From Octopus vulgaris (Eukaryota): 64,000 nt of DNA. This document shows positions 12,901 through 27,826 of this stretch, piece after piece. The stretch is from assembly GCA_951406725.2 (NCBI GenBank), contig OX597814.1, forward strand, positions 40,362,001-40,426,000, written 5' to 3'. The notes under the pieces were generated by a model. That model was not told where the DNA came from, made no database searches, and saw only the letters and a list, made by a program, of their open reading frames with translations. The position numbers and the translations under genes were made by a program. The first letter of the stretch is position 1, and every line of letters begins with the position of its first letter.

Positions 12901-15900
12901 TTACATGTGTGTGTTTGTACGCTGATGCACATATATTATATATGGAACCGGCTTCCAACCAGTGATTTGTAAATGGCCCGCATTTTCTGAAGTAGCACAT
13001 ATATATCTTATTTGAACATTGAGGGAAAGCATTTGTGAGTTTCTGAAATGAAAAGGAAAGATCTTAACGGCTAGTGACGTAAAGTCAAGGAAATATTTTA
13101 CTTCTGAACAAAAAAATAAATATTAAAATTTTGGAACCGAATTTTATTTTTTAAGATATTCAGAACGTAGATCGAAAACTGTAATTTTACACTATTTCAC
13201 ACATATATAGGGAAACATATAAAAGAGAACTCATACGTACACACATACAAACACCAACACATATACCGCCGCATGTTTTTAAAATTGTAAAATTATAAAA
13301 TTATAGTCAGTGTGTCAAACTTTGACGCCTCCGCTTTTAAATTTGCGGGAATAGTTGCATCTCCACGATAGCATGCGCCTGGCCCTAAAATATATTGACA
13401 TTATTCTAAAAGTTCTAAGTTAAAAAATACATGAAATAATTTCTTTGAATGATATACAAAAAATATTGTGATACAATTTGGTAAATATTCCTTGGAAAAT
13501 GCCCGACATTCATAAAAAAATATATCTGATAAAATATTTGATGGCTAATGTCAGTTACATTGTCATGAAATGAACCCTGTCTAATTTATTAGAATGCCTT
13601 CTGTAAACTATCATACATATTTAGGAAATACTTTTACATGCCTTGTGTGTACTGTTAAACTAGCATTTTCATGAAAATCATAATATAAAATAAGCTCACA
13701 GGAGTCTGTACCCATTCAACTTAATTCGAGCCAACTCAAAGTTGGAGTTCTTTGACAAAAAAAATTGTATATTTAATGATGACACTAATATTATGAGCTC
13801 TGCACAGCACCGCTCCTTGAATAGACTGTAAAATGATTTAGTTTTAAATAGAGAAAAAATATTTGACAACATTGTGTGACAAGAAAGTATACTTACTTAT
13901 TCTTGAATATCAATTTAGCCTACAGTTTGCAACGGTTTGCATAGCCCTAAGGAATAAAACACAGAGAGAAAATTGCATATATAGAATCTAAAGTAAGAAG
14001 ACAAAATGCAAGCTACACAGAAAATAAGCTTGATCATTCAGGAATGTTACATGAGATGATCATCAAAATGTTTTCGTTGTCGATAGTGTAACAAGTAGAG
14101 CAATCTCGTATATATCACAAAAGCAGTTAAGAAACTTGTCTTTGCATAAGTGACACTGACAACATGGCTGAAGCTAATGCAACAATGTGTAAAGACCAGG
14201 TTACAGTGGGCCACTAATTTTATCTACAATTATCATCCTAAACATAGGCATTATATGATACACAACAATATCGTCTCCTATGTATATATTGAGCACTTAA
14301 ACAAATGGACCAAACAAACTCGTTGATAAATTCGAATATCATTATCTCAAATTTCATGTATGATCCAAATCGTAAAATTGTTTTTACGAATAAGAGTAAA
14401 TAATCCGTTAAACAGGTAATATATCTAACGGAATAGCTGTTATACAAAACATCAATAACCATTGCTCCGAGTCAAACATTAAACTTTTGTATTTTTGCTG
14501 TTGAGGGAAATAGACACGTTGCTGTCCAAAGCACACGAACCATGCTTTGTACGAGTATCTACTGCAGTAACCAAAGATTATGCATCACATCACACTATTT
14601 AGAATTAAGAAGCAATGCAGGTAAAAATATATTTCAATTTCTGACATTATATTCTCTATTTCAGTTCTACTATGCTTCTTATTATGCACTGTGCAACACT
14701 GATGTTCACCTCCCATGGACATGTATTTGACATTCAGTCTTCGCGCTGGGATTCTTATTCTGAACCAATGAAGTAATTTTCTTTCAATGATACTGCTTCA
14801 TAATAGAAAGTTCGAATTATCTGCTTTCATTCTGAAGAGGACGAATAATACAAGAACATTTCTTTTACTCTCATGAATATGCTTAAAAAGCAGATCAGAT
14901 CACAGACGACATTTTCTATATATTCAATAACTTAATGTAATTTTTTTTTACTCTACTAACGTTCCTTTAGTTTCTCAGAGCCCACATTGAAAGACTCTTT
15001 TTTTCTAACTGCATGAATAGTTTCCGTTAATATACTTTTTTTAATACTCTATAGTTATAAAATGCGCCCACATTTCCCTCGAACTAATGAGGTTTTTCAT
15101 TATGGTCATCTCGTCTACACTCATGAAAAAATTTCTAGACCTGCAAAATAATCTCAAAGCATGAGGTTTCATAAAACGTGTTTGTGCTCCATAAATCTGT
15201 ATGTTACTCTCATACTTCCTATTATTTTATATCAATTTTTTATATCAATTTCTTAAAAACAATAAGTTATGTACTATCAAATCAATCACATGAACTGAAA
15301 GCACATAAACATTTTCTTTATTCTTTTTTTAATATTCTGTTGAATTTATATATTAAACCATAGACTTATGTTCCTTATTTTATCTAAGTACAAATACATA
15401 CGCTATTCGTGCACTGATCCTTGACAGCATGCGGGAATTGATATTACCAAAGAAAAAATAGTTTCTTCAAAAAAATGTGCTTTGGTGATAAGCTGTTCAA
15501 TTTCGAAATACATCTTGATTGTATGATATACAATTTCTTTCCAAGTAAAGATCAACATTTTGCTGGAAAATGAAAAGAAAATACTTCACATGATCCTCTT
15601 CAATGTTAATGGACACATTAAGAGATTAGTCTTAGACAGTTACTAAGAAATATAGGAAGCAATACTATACAAAGAAAAAGGAAAGTACTACTTATATAAA
15701 AAATGACTAACCTATCAAATGGAAAAGAAACAGATTGATTGATACAATGTACAATCGCCAATGCTAAAATAGATGAATATAATAAAACGTTAGTAGAAAT
15801 CATTGTTTCGAAGTTTTGTAAGAACAATAGAAAGAAAAATGTATTTCAAAAGAAAGTTTTTGTACGATACATTTTAGAGCATTATTTTATTTTGTAAATA

Positions 15901-17329
15901 TACGTACGAGTAACATATAATGGCGATGAGTAAGTGAATACCAAGATCTTCCCTTTGTCAATTAGAAGTGTTCCACTTTCTAAATTGGGTTCTTACCTTT
16001 ACAAAATATCTGTGCATCAAAGAAAAAATAAAAATCCTTTCCAATCTCTTAAATATATTAGCATATGAATCTTGTTGTTAAACATCAAAAACTAAATGAA
16101 ACACTATCGCAATTTTTTTCAAAACCAAATTGGTTATCATTAAATAAATTAGTATCACCAACTTGATATATACTATTCAGCACATCTTTTCTAAGGTAAT
16201 TACTGGCTTAGAGGAATAATTATAGCCAAATATGTATTTTCAACTACCCTCTCTAAAATAGAATAACAGTTAAAGAAATTTAGCGAATAACTGCAGCTAG
16301 AGAAAAAATATAAACCTCTCCCATCATATTCTAAATAGCATCCTGAAAGCTTTATTTTCTTGAATGTTTAAAAGTTATTTCTTTTTATTATAAATCTACT
16401 ATCCACTAAAATGAATCGTGTCACCATCCTCTATACAACTGCTTCCGTAAAATGGACCAACATCTTTAACATTCTTTATGTTTTCTAGCAAATTTTAATT
16501 TACAACAAATGCGAAAGAGATTCCTAAGGCTGTGCAACAACGACAAAGTTTGATTCTGCAGCAATTTATAATTGACGCCAACAGCAACACGGGCGGACTG
16601 CATCGAATAAAAGCTTATTAGTGACGGAGCAACAGGTGACATGCAAACCGTAATGATTTCCCTTTTATATTTCTATTTAATTCATTGACGGTTTAGTTGG
16701 CTACACAATATTAAATTAATCGAAGATCATCGGACTAATACAGTAATTAATTCACGACAATCAAAGGTGCAAACTATATTAAATGAGGGAGATGTTTGTA
16801 CATAGAATTACTACCTATCTAAAGAACTAACATAAATCTAAAAACTGAAAATAATTGCTTCTTCTTGGTATGAATGAAAGCAGAAATTAGTGAATTTGTA
16901 AGTTTCTACCGTATAGTAAATGATGGTCCTGCTAATATCATATGTCCTCTGATTATCAAGTAAATTCTTTCCCCCGACCTTCTCACTCTTACAGACGTAT
17001 TCGCGCAAGCATTTTCTTCAAACACCTTCTACAGTCACCTTCGTCTCTATGCACAAATGTCGTCTCGCGCTTGCCATTCATTCGTTCCAGATAGAGATGT
17101 ACAAAAAGATTGGGTAGACATTTACGACGCGCATAACAATGAAAAAAAGAACTAATGTAATCACCGTAAGTCTAGCGTGCCAAGCATTGATCTTTTTGGG
17201 TATTTTGTTTTCCTCCTTGACGTTCGATCCGGTGTTTTTAGAAAGAATCTGAGACGCGTACAAAGGATGTAGTCTTTTGCGGCCTTTAGTGAGGAAGAGC
17301 CTAAATTAAAATAATTCGTTCATCCATGT

Positions 17330-17491
17330 AGGCGCAGGCGTAACTGTGTGATACAAAACTTGTGTCCCAACCACATTGTATGGGTTCAGTCTCACTGCAT
17401 GGCACCTTTAGCGACTGTCTTCTACTAAAGCACCAGGCAGACCAATGCTTTGTGAGTGGATTTGATACACGGACACTGAAAAAAACTTTCG

Positions 17492-17495
<4 letters not shown>
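17330..17495 (+). mobile_element. SINE family A, 5' tRNA-like head only
   Basis: aggcgcaggcgtaactgtgtg...gggttcagtctcactgcatggcacc...gtgagtggattt is the reverse complement of the head of the 42915-43345 copy (degenerate A/B boxes). Confidence 0.75.
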
Positions 17496-17525
<30 letters not shown>

Positions 17526-17819
17526 GCGCATACAGTTCTGGTGTATTACCTCAGTGGGTGTGATTCCGTGGTTTAATATATAGAGAGACGATAGGAAATG
17601 GAGAAATAATAATGAGAAGTGGATCATTGGTGCTTTAAAGTAATTATATATTTAAGATGAGAGTACGTTAACAGCTGTTTGTATTTATCAAAATTGGGTA
17701 AATCTGCATTTACCTCATTACCATGGATAAATCTCGTCAGAACGATTATATGCCAAAGATAAATTGAAGGAAAAATAGAAAGAAAAATAGGAGGAAAGGA
17801 AAGGAAATGGAAAAAATAT

Positions 17820-18140
17820 CTTCGTTCATTCAATAGTCTCCATTTCAAGCAATGCATCGGTCCAGATGTGTTTTCCACTGTTTGATGCAGTTCTGAAACT
17901 CTTGCAATGTGATGCCTTTAAACCTCCGTCGTTTCATTCTTCACCTCTTCCACATCTGCAAATTTCGTAGCACCAGATTTCGTCATCAGTGACGACCTTC
18001 GAAACGAAGTCTGGATCTATTTCCAGCTACTATTTCAGTTCACTACACGCATTCAGTCGTAACTGATTTTGATTTTTTTTGAGGAAGCAAAACCCAAAGT
18101 TTGGTGCAATTGTTTCCATTTGCTATTCCTCGCACAAAAT
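17820..18140 (-). mobile_element. mariner transposase remnant (internally deleted)
   Basis: Minus strand: RLNACSELK**LEIDPDFVSKVVTDDEIWCY joined to FADVEEVKNETT...FQNCIKQWKTHLDRCIA*NGDY, matching the mariner (I/V)TGDExW motif and the C-terminal W..R...CI...GDY motif. Confidence 0.75.
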
Positions 18141-18266
18141 TTGCTGGGAGGATTATGATTCACGAAAATCTGCAGCAGTTTTCTTTGCGGCGTGAAGTAA
18201 ATTTTCGTTATATAAACAGTGTATTCTTAAACATAGCACAGTAGTACATCCAAGGCAATTCCTACC

Positions 18267-18405
<139 letters not shown>

Positions 18406-19454
18406 ATGTATGTACATTTAAACACACAAGTGGCATCCATCATAGGATTCTTGCACGCTAGAATGGACAGTTAAATTCCAAACCAATATTAGGGATAAAA
18501 TTTCGATAAGGAATATAACATTTACCACCTAACTCCTGGACCAATAAAATAGTTTGCTACCCGAAGATTTCTACAGCAGGTACACCTTAGATTAAATATA
18601 TATATACGACGGGCTTCTTTTAGTTTCCGTCTACCAAACTCTCTCAGAACTTTGATATGCTTTGACAAAAGAATGCCCCAGTTCATGCCTGAGTTAATAG
18701 CACCACCTGATAAGATTTGCTAAATCTTGTTTAAGTCAAGATTTGTGGCATCATGGTTCATTCAACTAGGGAGTTCTTGTTGAGTGAGTTCTATCCAGAT
18801 CTCGGTTTGTTTATTCTGCTATTCTTTGAAAGAATTTTCCAAATTCCATTTATATGTGATGGGATCATTTTCCTCTTTGAAATGTGTATATGTATATATA
18901 TGTAATATGCATGCAAATACATACTAAACCAGATATACGCATGCATAAATATATATGTGTGTGAGTGTGTTTTTAATGTATGTGTTTGCATATAGGCATG
19001 AATGTATGTATCTACAGAAATAATGATAGAGGCAGAGACAGTGAGAGCGAAAGAGAGCAACGAGAATAATCCTATAATAGAAATTTGTTCTAGATCGAAT
19101 TTGGGAGACAAACGGAAAATACGTCTGTTGTTGATCATTCAGTAGTTCGTGATGTCAAGCTGTTATCTACTAAACTCTCTTCTAATTTGCAAATGAGGGA
19201 CTTTCTCGGTCTTCGGCAAAGAAAGTAGTTTTATGTGTGCGTAGATTTTTTTTTCTAATTTGGCAAATCTAATTTCCAGCTGTGTATTAAAATTACAAGG
19301 AACTTGGCGTTACATGCTATAATGCTTTATATCCTTGTTGACGAGAAACTATGTAAAATAATGTAATTTTGTGCTGAGGACTTGCGAACGGTTAGAAGTG
19401 TATCCTTCGAGTAGCCAGCTGACTTCAAATGATATAAGGTATCTTTTATATTTT

Positions 19455-19810
19455 ATGTTTTACTTGTTTGAGGGATTAGAATGTGTGCATGCTTGGGAAC
19501 CATCGTGAAGAGATTTTAGTGGAATTACCGATCCCATTATTTATTTTTATAGCCTGATACTTATTTCATCATTCTTTTTTGCTGAACCGCTAGTTACGGA
19601 GATATAAACACACCAGCACTGATATTCATGCGGTGGTTGGGGGTGAAACACAAATACAAAGACACACACACACGCATAGAGTTTCTTTCAGTTTCCATCT
19701 ACCAAATCCACTCACAAGGCTTTGGTCAGCCCGGGCTATAGTAGAAGTCACTTGCCTAAAGTGGCACACAGAATGACTTTACCCGGAATCCTGTTGTTGG
19801 GAAGCCAAAT
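19455..19810 (-). mobile_element. tRNA-derived SINE, family A (diverged)
   Basis: Homologous blocks: gctgaaccgctagttacgg, tttctttcagtttccatctaccaaatccactcacaaggctttggtc. Confidence 0.8.
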
Positions 19811-21916
19811 CGTTAGTGTTCAGAGTTTCGATAGCAAAATTGTGGTCCCCCGACTCAGTCCCACCAGAGGACGTAATGGTTTCATATACGCTCTAATTTG
19901 AAACGACAATGCGATCAAGGTTTTCTACAGAGTTACAGATTTGTGGGGAGCTTTAGTTTGGCGATAAACCTAATTTTGATTAAGTGTTAATATTTTCAAA
20001 ATATAATTATATTTATCAATCAGCATTATTATAAAATGAGTACAAGACCGAATTAAGATAGTATACAGTGACAATGATTTCATTGTCATGGAAACGGAAA
20101 CAGATATATCCTTTTCGGAGGATTTTCTTGCCGAGAGTTACTATTGGTTAGAAAGCGTTAGAAATAACTTAACGGAGAAGCTGCTTAATTTTGTTTTTCG
20201 AGAGGATAAGAAATGGAGCAATAATTGTGATCGTGAGATTCAATGCAAGGTTTATTTTAGAAGGAGTCATCAGATCAAGATGTGATGATATTCATGAATA
20301 TATGTCCATAGATTAATCAATGTTAAGGAATAGATGGACAAGGCTATAGAATTAAATTGGATGGTGTCTACTCGCACTCCCATACACACATGCATACACG
20401 CATGTATACTCACCTAAACATTTATAATCACACAAATTTCCTCATGAAAACGTGATAAAGTATGAATTCCAATAATATTTAAATTGCCAATATGATTAAA
20501 TTTCTAAATTCCACTAATTATATGTTCACTCAATTTTATTGGACCCATAAATTTCATCCTTCATTTTGTTCATTACGCTCACCTTATGACCAATTAACCA
20601 TTTAAAATTATCCCTGCATTACAATATCACCTTACTCGCAAGATATTTTAATCAAAATTGAGTTTTCGCATCACAATAACTGAACAGAAATTAAGTAATA
20701 TACAATTTTATTATTTGAAGAATTTACTTAGTACTCTTTAAAAAATGAACAATTGTAGTTATGGATATAATTATTGAAAATTTATGATCGTTTTATATTT
20801 TCATCCAAACCAATGAATATTCGTCAGAATGCCTCTAAATTCGTTTATGTTTATCGTTTGTTTGACGTCTCGTTTTCAATTATATAACTTTCTAGAAACT
20901 GCTATATTTAAATTCAAATCAAAAATTTAACAATAGGATATAATATATTTGAATATATAACTTGAAATTGCAGAAAGTTCAAGCAAATATTAACCAACTT
21001 TTTTCATTTGAATGAAAACATAGTTTTACTCAGCAATATAGATTTTAATACTGTAAGTTATGTTACATAACTATTTAACTGTGATATTTCTCACAGTATA
21101 TATGTGTGTGTGTATGCGTGTCTTTATGTGTGTGTGTTTGTGTGTATGTAGGTGTGTTACGTGCGTGCTCGTGTTTGCGTTTGTGTGTGTGCGTGTGATT
21201 GTGAGTGTGTGCGAAAGTATAAAAATTCCACGAAAGATGACAGTGGAAAGAAGAACAGAAAAAAACCTAACGAGTCATGGACATGCTCATCCCCAAAGGT
21301 TATCGACGACAAATCCTCACGATTTTACGTGAATGTATATGTGTGTGTGTGTGTGTATATGACTGTGTGCTCAAATTTATTTGTCTGGAGACACACGGTG
21401 TTCCATTTAAATTACATCTTATGATGTAATTTAAATGTTATATATTTCATATATATTTTGTATAATTCTAAATGTAATTTTACTCAATCTATTTATTGGG
21501 ATGTTTTTATTCTTAGTGTTCAAAATATGAATATTATTAATTTCCTAATTTAAAAAAAGCAAACTTGTTGATTAGTGTTGGCTGAATTCCGTGCATCACA
21601 ATATTCAGTTCTTCATATTAGGAAGAAATTGTAAATACTTCTCGAAGGAGTATTTTATCGTTATAAACAGTTAATCTGTTTTAACGTTTATACTTCTCAT
21701 GATAGTAGATACTTCAATTGAGGTATTTCCTGGTAACCAATATGTCGGTGTCCATAATGTATATCATGATATTTATATCAGCAAGATATAGCTGAAACAT
21801 TATTTGGTATATTCCGGAAAATTAAATTTGATACGAAATACTACCGAAAGCTTCTTTCATTTTCAAATGATTTCTATTAGCCCTTTATCATTCACATTCC
21901 AATCATATATATATAC

Positions 21917-22008
<92 letters not shown>

Positions 22009-22215
22009 CATAATATATATATATATATACAACAAAATTAGAAAATGGAGAAACATACTTAAATCAATCAAACATCAACCATCAGATGATACCCAATCAA
22101 TACTTTATTACACCATTACATAACAGTAAAGGCATTATACAAAATATATTGCACATATAATTAGACAAGGAAATAGAAATGTAAAATATAAAATATAATA
22201 TATAATTATATCATA

Positions 22216-22326
22216 TCTGACAGCTGTTTCGGCCGTAAGGGCAAATATGCCTCATTTAACATATAAGCCATATAAGGCAGGTATAAATGAGACATTAACA
22301 AGGATGCCCTACGGCCTCTTCAGAGA
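22216..22326 (-). ncRNA. Type I hammerhead ribozyme with long stem II
   Basis: Minus strand: tct-CUGAAGA-[ggccgtagggca...tgcccttacggcc]-GAAA-cagctg-UC-aga. Canonical core, palindromic stem III, 3-bp stem I. Confidence 0.8.
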
Positions 22327-22671
22327 ATTTAATTTATTATAAGTGTGAAAAAGTTTTTTTTATATACATATAAATATAAAAATATAAAATATAAAATCGT
22401 GTGCATAGACACTCATAATACTACACATATATATATACCCATTAATCCAATAATACAAAATAAACAAAACAAAATATATCAATATATATTAACAAACACA
22501 GTTATTCTACATATTGGGCTACTAGTTCCAAAACTAACCTACAGAAAGTTATATGCACACTCACATTTAAATTTAAATCAGACCTATACATAAAAAATAA
22601 AAAAACACACAGTTCAGTTCATGAAATTATAAAGCTATAAAAGTCAATAAAAATTACTATTAATATTAATA

Positions 22672-22702
<31 letters not shown>

Positions 22703-24569
22703 ATACAACCATGTCTGTACCAAGTACATCAATCGGACATCTACATATCTATGAGTCTGATTATTCTGTCCGCTCGATATTGATTATTCTAGATTAATTC
22801 GATTGGCTTATAGTTTTAAATTTGAAACACAAAAGAAATTTTACGGTTAGTTAGTCAAGAAACGCTCATACGCACACGCACATCCACAGATCAATCGCAC
22901 ATACATAATTATATGTATACACACACACATACACTCATACACATACATATCCACAAACACCGTCAAACACATAAATAAATAAATAATAAAAGAGGTATAA
23001 TCGTAGCTATGCAGCCATCCAGCCTCTCTAAAACGACAACAATGCCACTAAATTAACTAAGAAGATCCACTCACACATTTCCATAAAATATTTGTTATAA
23101 AGATACATATATTTATATATCAAGACATAGAATGTAATTTTTCGTAGGGTACACAAAGCATATGCCACCGTTTTTTATGTAGTCATAGTATTACATAACA
23201 TAACGTTTACTGATTTCACCGTAATTTGCTATAATCACATGTACGCTAAGTTATAAAGTATAGATTAAACATTTTTGTTTGACTATCAATAGACATAGAA
23301 ACATACTAAATTGACATCGGTTTATAGCAATTAAATTATAAGAGATTAATTGTAAGCATTCCAAATACGTAAATATTCCGGGATGTGTAAACAGACAAGA
23401 CAAGACAGAAATTCTTTATAGTATAAATATATATCTTTTCTACGTAATAAATCCAATGCCATTATAATATTAATATTTATCCATCAAAGAACCTAACCTA
23501 CGAACTAATAGAATTACACTCAAATATACATGCCCATAATAATACTCATGTATAGCAGTTTATTTTCATATGTGACTCGCGAGAAAACATTCATAGTACT
23601 TAAATATAAATATACTTTTAAGCATCCGTGGACACATAGATACAAATGTAATAATTAACAAGATTTAGCATTAAATAATATCAGTGGGGGACTTACCAAT
23701 ACAATGGTACATAAGTAAATAACAAAAATTAAATTTATTATAAGTTAATAAATTGTAATTACTTAAGATTAAAATGTGATAAAAGAAATAAGAAGAAATA
23801 ATTAAAATTACGTACAGAGTATAAGTACAAACTAGTATGCATGTATCCATATATTATTAAACTAAATAATTGATATGTATGTATATATCTACACTTAAAT
23901 ATGTAAATAAATAAATAAATAAATAAATAAATGACTAAATAAATAGATAGATACCATAGAAAACAAATTCAGATAAATACATAGGTACACCTAATATATG
24001 GTAATGCTAATATGCATATATCCACATATGCATAAAAGAGTATATAGGTAAATAAATAACATAAAATAAAGTGAAGATATATATTGAAGAAATTACTTAT
24101 ATATACTTAGTATACAGGCTAATATTATGTAAACTTATACCTGTAGATAATGAGTAAAAAAAAATGAATAGATGAATAACATAATGTACAAATCAAGAAG
24201 ACTACAAATATAGACTAAATATATAAGACTGTTAATATGTATAAAGCCAAATGTGAGTAAATGAATAGGTTTATTAATAAATAGCATAAGATACAAATTT
24301 AGGTGAGTACAAAGATACACTAAATATACAATATATAAGCCTGCCAAATAAAAACCTGCAAAAACCCATATTCTCAACCAAAACAAACAAAATCCAATAT
24401 AGACTCTCATATATTACATAATAGTATTACAGTATCTAAAACCAGGTATCTAACTATGATATTCATACACACTCTATAATTTTACAAAACTTCAAGAATC
24501 TCATATTACTAAGCAAATACCAAAATGAATATATTATTTCTTGCCGCAGTGTATTTCCCTTATAAAACA

Positions 24570-24754
<185 letters not shown>

Positions 24755-24842
24755 TTATTAGAGACAAAACTACTATTTTGCAAAACAAACAAGGAAAGAC
24801 TTAATCAATACATAAAATTTTAATAAATAGTCAAAAAAACCG

Positions 24843-24885
24843 CCACTACAATTGTTTCTTGTCTTGATCGACAATCTTCAGGTGG
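24843..24885 (-). ncRNA. Minimal type I hammerhead ribozyme
   Basis: Reverse complement of the motif at 24912-24954. Confidence 0.85.
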
Positions 24886-24911
24886 ACTTCCAATAAGTCA
24901 GTTTCGGAAGT

Positions 24912-24954
24912 CCACCTGAAGATTGTCGATCAAGACAAGAAACAATTGTAGTGG
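24912..24954 (+). ncRNA. Minimal type I hammerhead ribozyme
   Basis: ccac-CUGAAGA-ttgtc(gatcaa)gacaa-GAAA-caattg-UA-gtgg: stem I ccac/gtgg, 5-bp stem II, palindromic stem III, predicted cleavage after A24950. Confidence 0.88.
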
Positions 24955-25039
24955 CGGTTTTTTTGACTATTTATTAAAATTTTATGTATTCATTAAGTCT
25001 TTCCTGTTTGTTTGCAAAATAGTGGTTTTGTCTCTAATA

Positions 25040-25208
<169 letters not shown>

Positions 25209-25234
25209 TAATTTGAAACTGACTTATTGGAAGT

Positions 25235-25277
25235 CCACCTGAAGATTGTCGATCAAGACAAGAAACAATTGTAGTGG
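25235..25277 (+). ncRNA. Minimal type I hammerhead ribozyme
   Basis: Identical motif to 24912-24954. Confidence 0.88.
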
Positions 25278-25449
25278 CGGTGTTTTTGACTATTTATTAA
25301 AATTTTATGTATTGATTAAGTCTTTCCTTGTTTGTTTTGCAAAATAGTGGTTTTGTCTCTAATAATATTTTATAATATTTTACTATAAAATTGGATTTAA
25401 TCCTAAATCTGATTTTTTTCCCTGTAAATTTGGATTTATTCCCTAATAT

Positions 25450-25482
<33 letters not shown>

Positions 25483-25509
25483 TATATATATTCAGCTGAA
25501 AATTCTTCA

Positions 25510-25760
25510 AACGCCATTGTGAATGCACTTTCTGATCAAAATATTTTCCAATAATAAGTGAAGAAATTGTTAACGTGCAAAGACCTCGACATTGAAGTAT
25601 GAATGTTGTGGGGCATGAAGTTGAAAATATAATTGGAGCGAAAGCAATGATAAAAATACATTGAACAAAAATGTTGGACCCCTAGATGGATTCTCAGCAT
25701 TACACACTAACTAAAACATAACGCTGCTAGAAACAGCCAACATGCAAGGCACTATTTAGT
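25510..25760 (+). mobile_element. R4/Dong-type non-LTR retrotransposon 3' remnant (restriction-like endonuclease)
   Basis: KKLLTCKDLDIEV*MLWGMK...IIGAKAMIK resembles the KxxKYxDLxIExxxxW...IVGALG motif seen intact at 51788. Confidence 0.55.
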
Positions 25761-26084
25761 AATAAAACGTAAACGAAAGAATCAACAAAAGCAAGAGTCA
25801 ATTTCTACAGCAATTAACCAATAAGTTAAATTTCCACCAGCAATCTAATAACCAACGCGTTATACAATCAACGCACAATGTGAACAGTAATACAACAAAA
25901 AGACTGCAGCACACCTCAAATGAAAGAAAACTGACGCAATACAATTGGGAGAAGTGTTTGCACACTCCCAACAACAGAAAAGAACGCACAATCCTTCACA
26001 CACGCCAGAAGCACGGAGGTGTAGCATGTGATGCAGAAGAAATTTACCGGAAAAAGGCAAATGCTGAACACTTATAATGATGAA

Positions 26085-26117
<33 letters not shown>

Positions 26118-27747
26118 AACATTTGCCGTAAAGAAGCAAATGTTGAACACTTATGATGATGATGATGATGATGATGACAGCAACAACATCGAAAAATACC
26201 TTAGGAATGAGAATCCAGGTTTGAAATTTCCCGAAGACACTTGACGTTGTGTTAACAACAAACAGGTTGAAGGCAAATATCCGTCAAATGTAAATAATGT
26301 AAATAATAGTAAGTACATTAGATCTATAAATTTGAAAATACGGATTAATACAGAGCTAAAGGGAAATGTGGTACCATACGTAGTCTTTTGCAAAAAATAA
26401 AGAAAATAAAAAGAAACGAAGGCAACACCTCTATCTTAGGTGAAGCAGGAATTTTCCTAGACTTCTCGGGTGCAAAAACAACACGAACTCTAATAAATAA
26501 CATAGAATACACTGAACATATCCGTTAAGCTGTTGAAGTCATTACTAATGTATTACACACAGGGAGTACTACTTCATTGTCCACTAGACACATTTTCGTA
26601 AGTCAAAACTGATGTAGGTATATGTTCTCCCATAGGGACAACAATCACAGTAATGTACATGTCAACAAAAGAAACCAAACTGACACGAATATATGAATAT
26701 ATGATATTGACATAGTATGTGAACGAAGTGATTTGTGTAATACACGATGCAGAAGCCATTGACAAATTCCTAAGTGTCTTACAAAATCTCTCTAGAAAGT
26801 GTAACATGTAAAACAGTACAAATAAATTCTTTAAAACGTTATGACAACATTTCGAGATAGAAATATTTTGATGAAAAATAACGAATATATCCTGACTACT
26901 TGCAACAAAAGCTCAAATAAATACACATAGTTATATGGAGACACCGATTATACACAAACAAAAATGTCAGTCATAAATCCTTACTTAGAAAAGATTTTAG
27001 ATTCTCTTCCACAAACAAGACTGAAGAAAAAGCAAAAAGAAACTCTAACAAATATCACTCAACACTAAAAATAAATTTTGGAAAGTAATATAAGATGCCT
27101 CAGGACAGACATTAATACAACACCAAGAGATATAATGTGTAATGATACCGTAAACAGTACAATCTATTATTTAGTACCATAATAGCTCAGCTCCAACATA
27201 ACTATGATAAAAGGCGTGCAACCCGATGCCATCTTTTACGGCTTTATAGCAAGGCTTAGTAAGTATAATTTTACGAATGCATGGCGGATTATTCCAAGTT
27301 CAGGTATTGTATTATGAAAAAATCTCAGACGTATCGATGTCATCAAATTGTATAAGAAAAGCTACATTATTGTCATATACCATTCCTTTTTAAGATTGTG
27401 TAGCGTAACTTTTCAAGGAAAATATCATGCTACCATTCTGCTCTCCAATAAGCCAGTAAATATGAATTATTTAGCAAAGACATATGAATGAGGGCAATAT
27501 CAAAATGTGATGTTGTATTGTCAGATTTGCGCTTGAGCTTTTCCTGACGCTACGGCTGCAATTTGGTGTCATTATACATTTAACATGTTTTAAGTTTGTT
27601 TTATCACTCTCAGGGTTATATAAATCTTTGCATGTTTTCGACAGTGTGAAGAAATATATAGCATATATTGTATACAATGTGTGTACACATATATTTACAA
27701 ATAAAGGAAATCTGACAAAATATATATATATATATGTATATATGTAT

Positions 27748-27826
<79 letters not shown>

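Noticed and set aside
26225-26285. acac-TTGA-CGTT-gtgt, resembling an HHR with its centre deleted
   Set aside because: Stem II and GAAA are absent, so it cannot be supported from this window alone.
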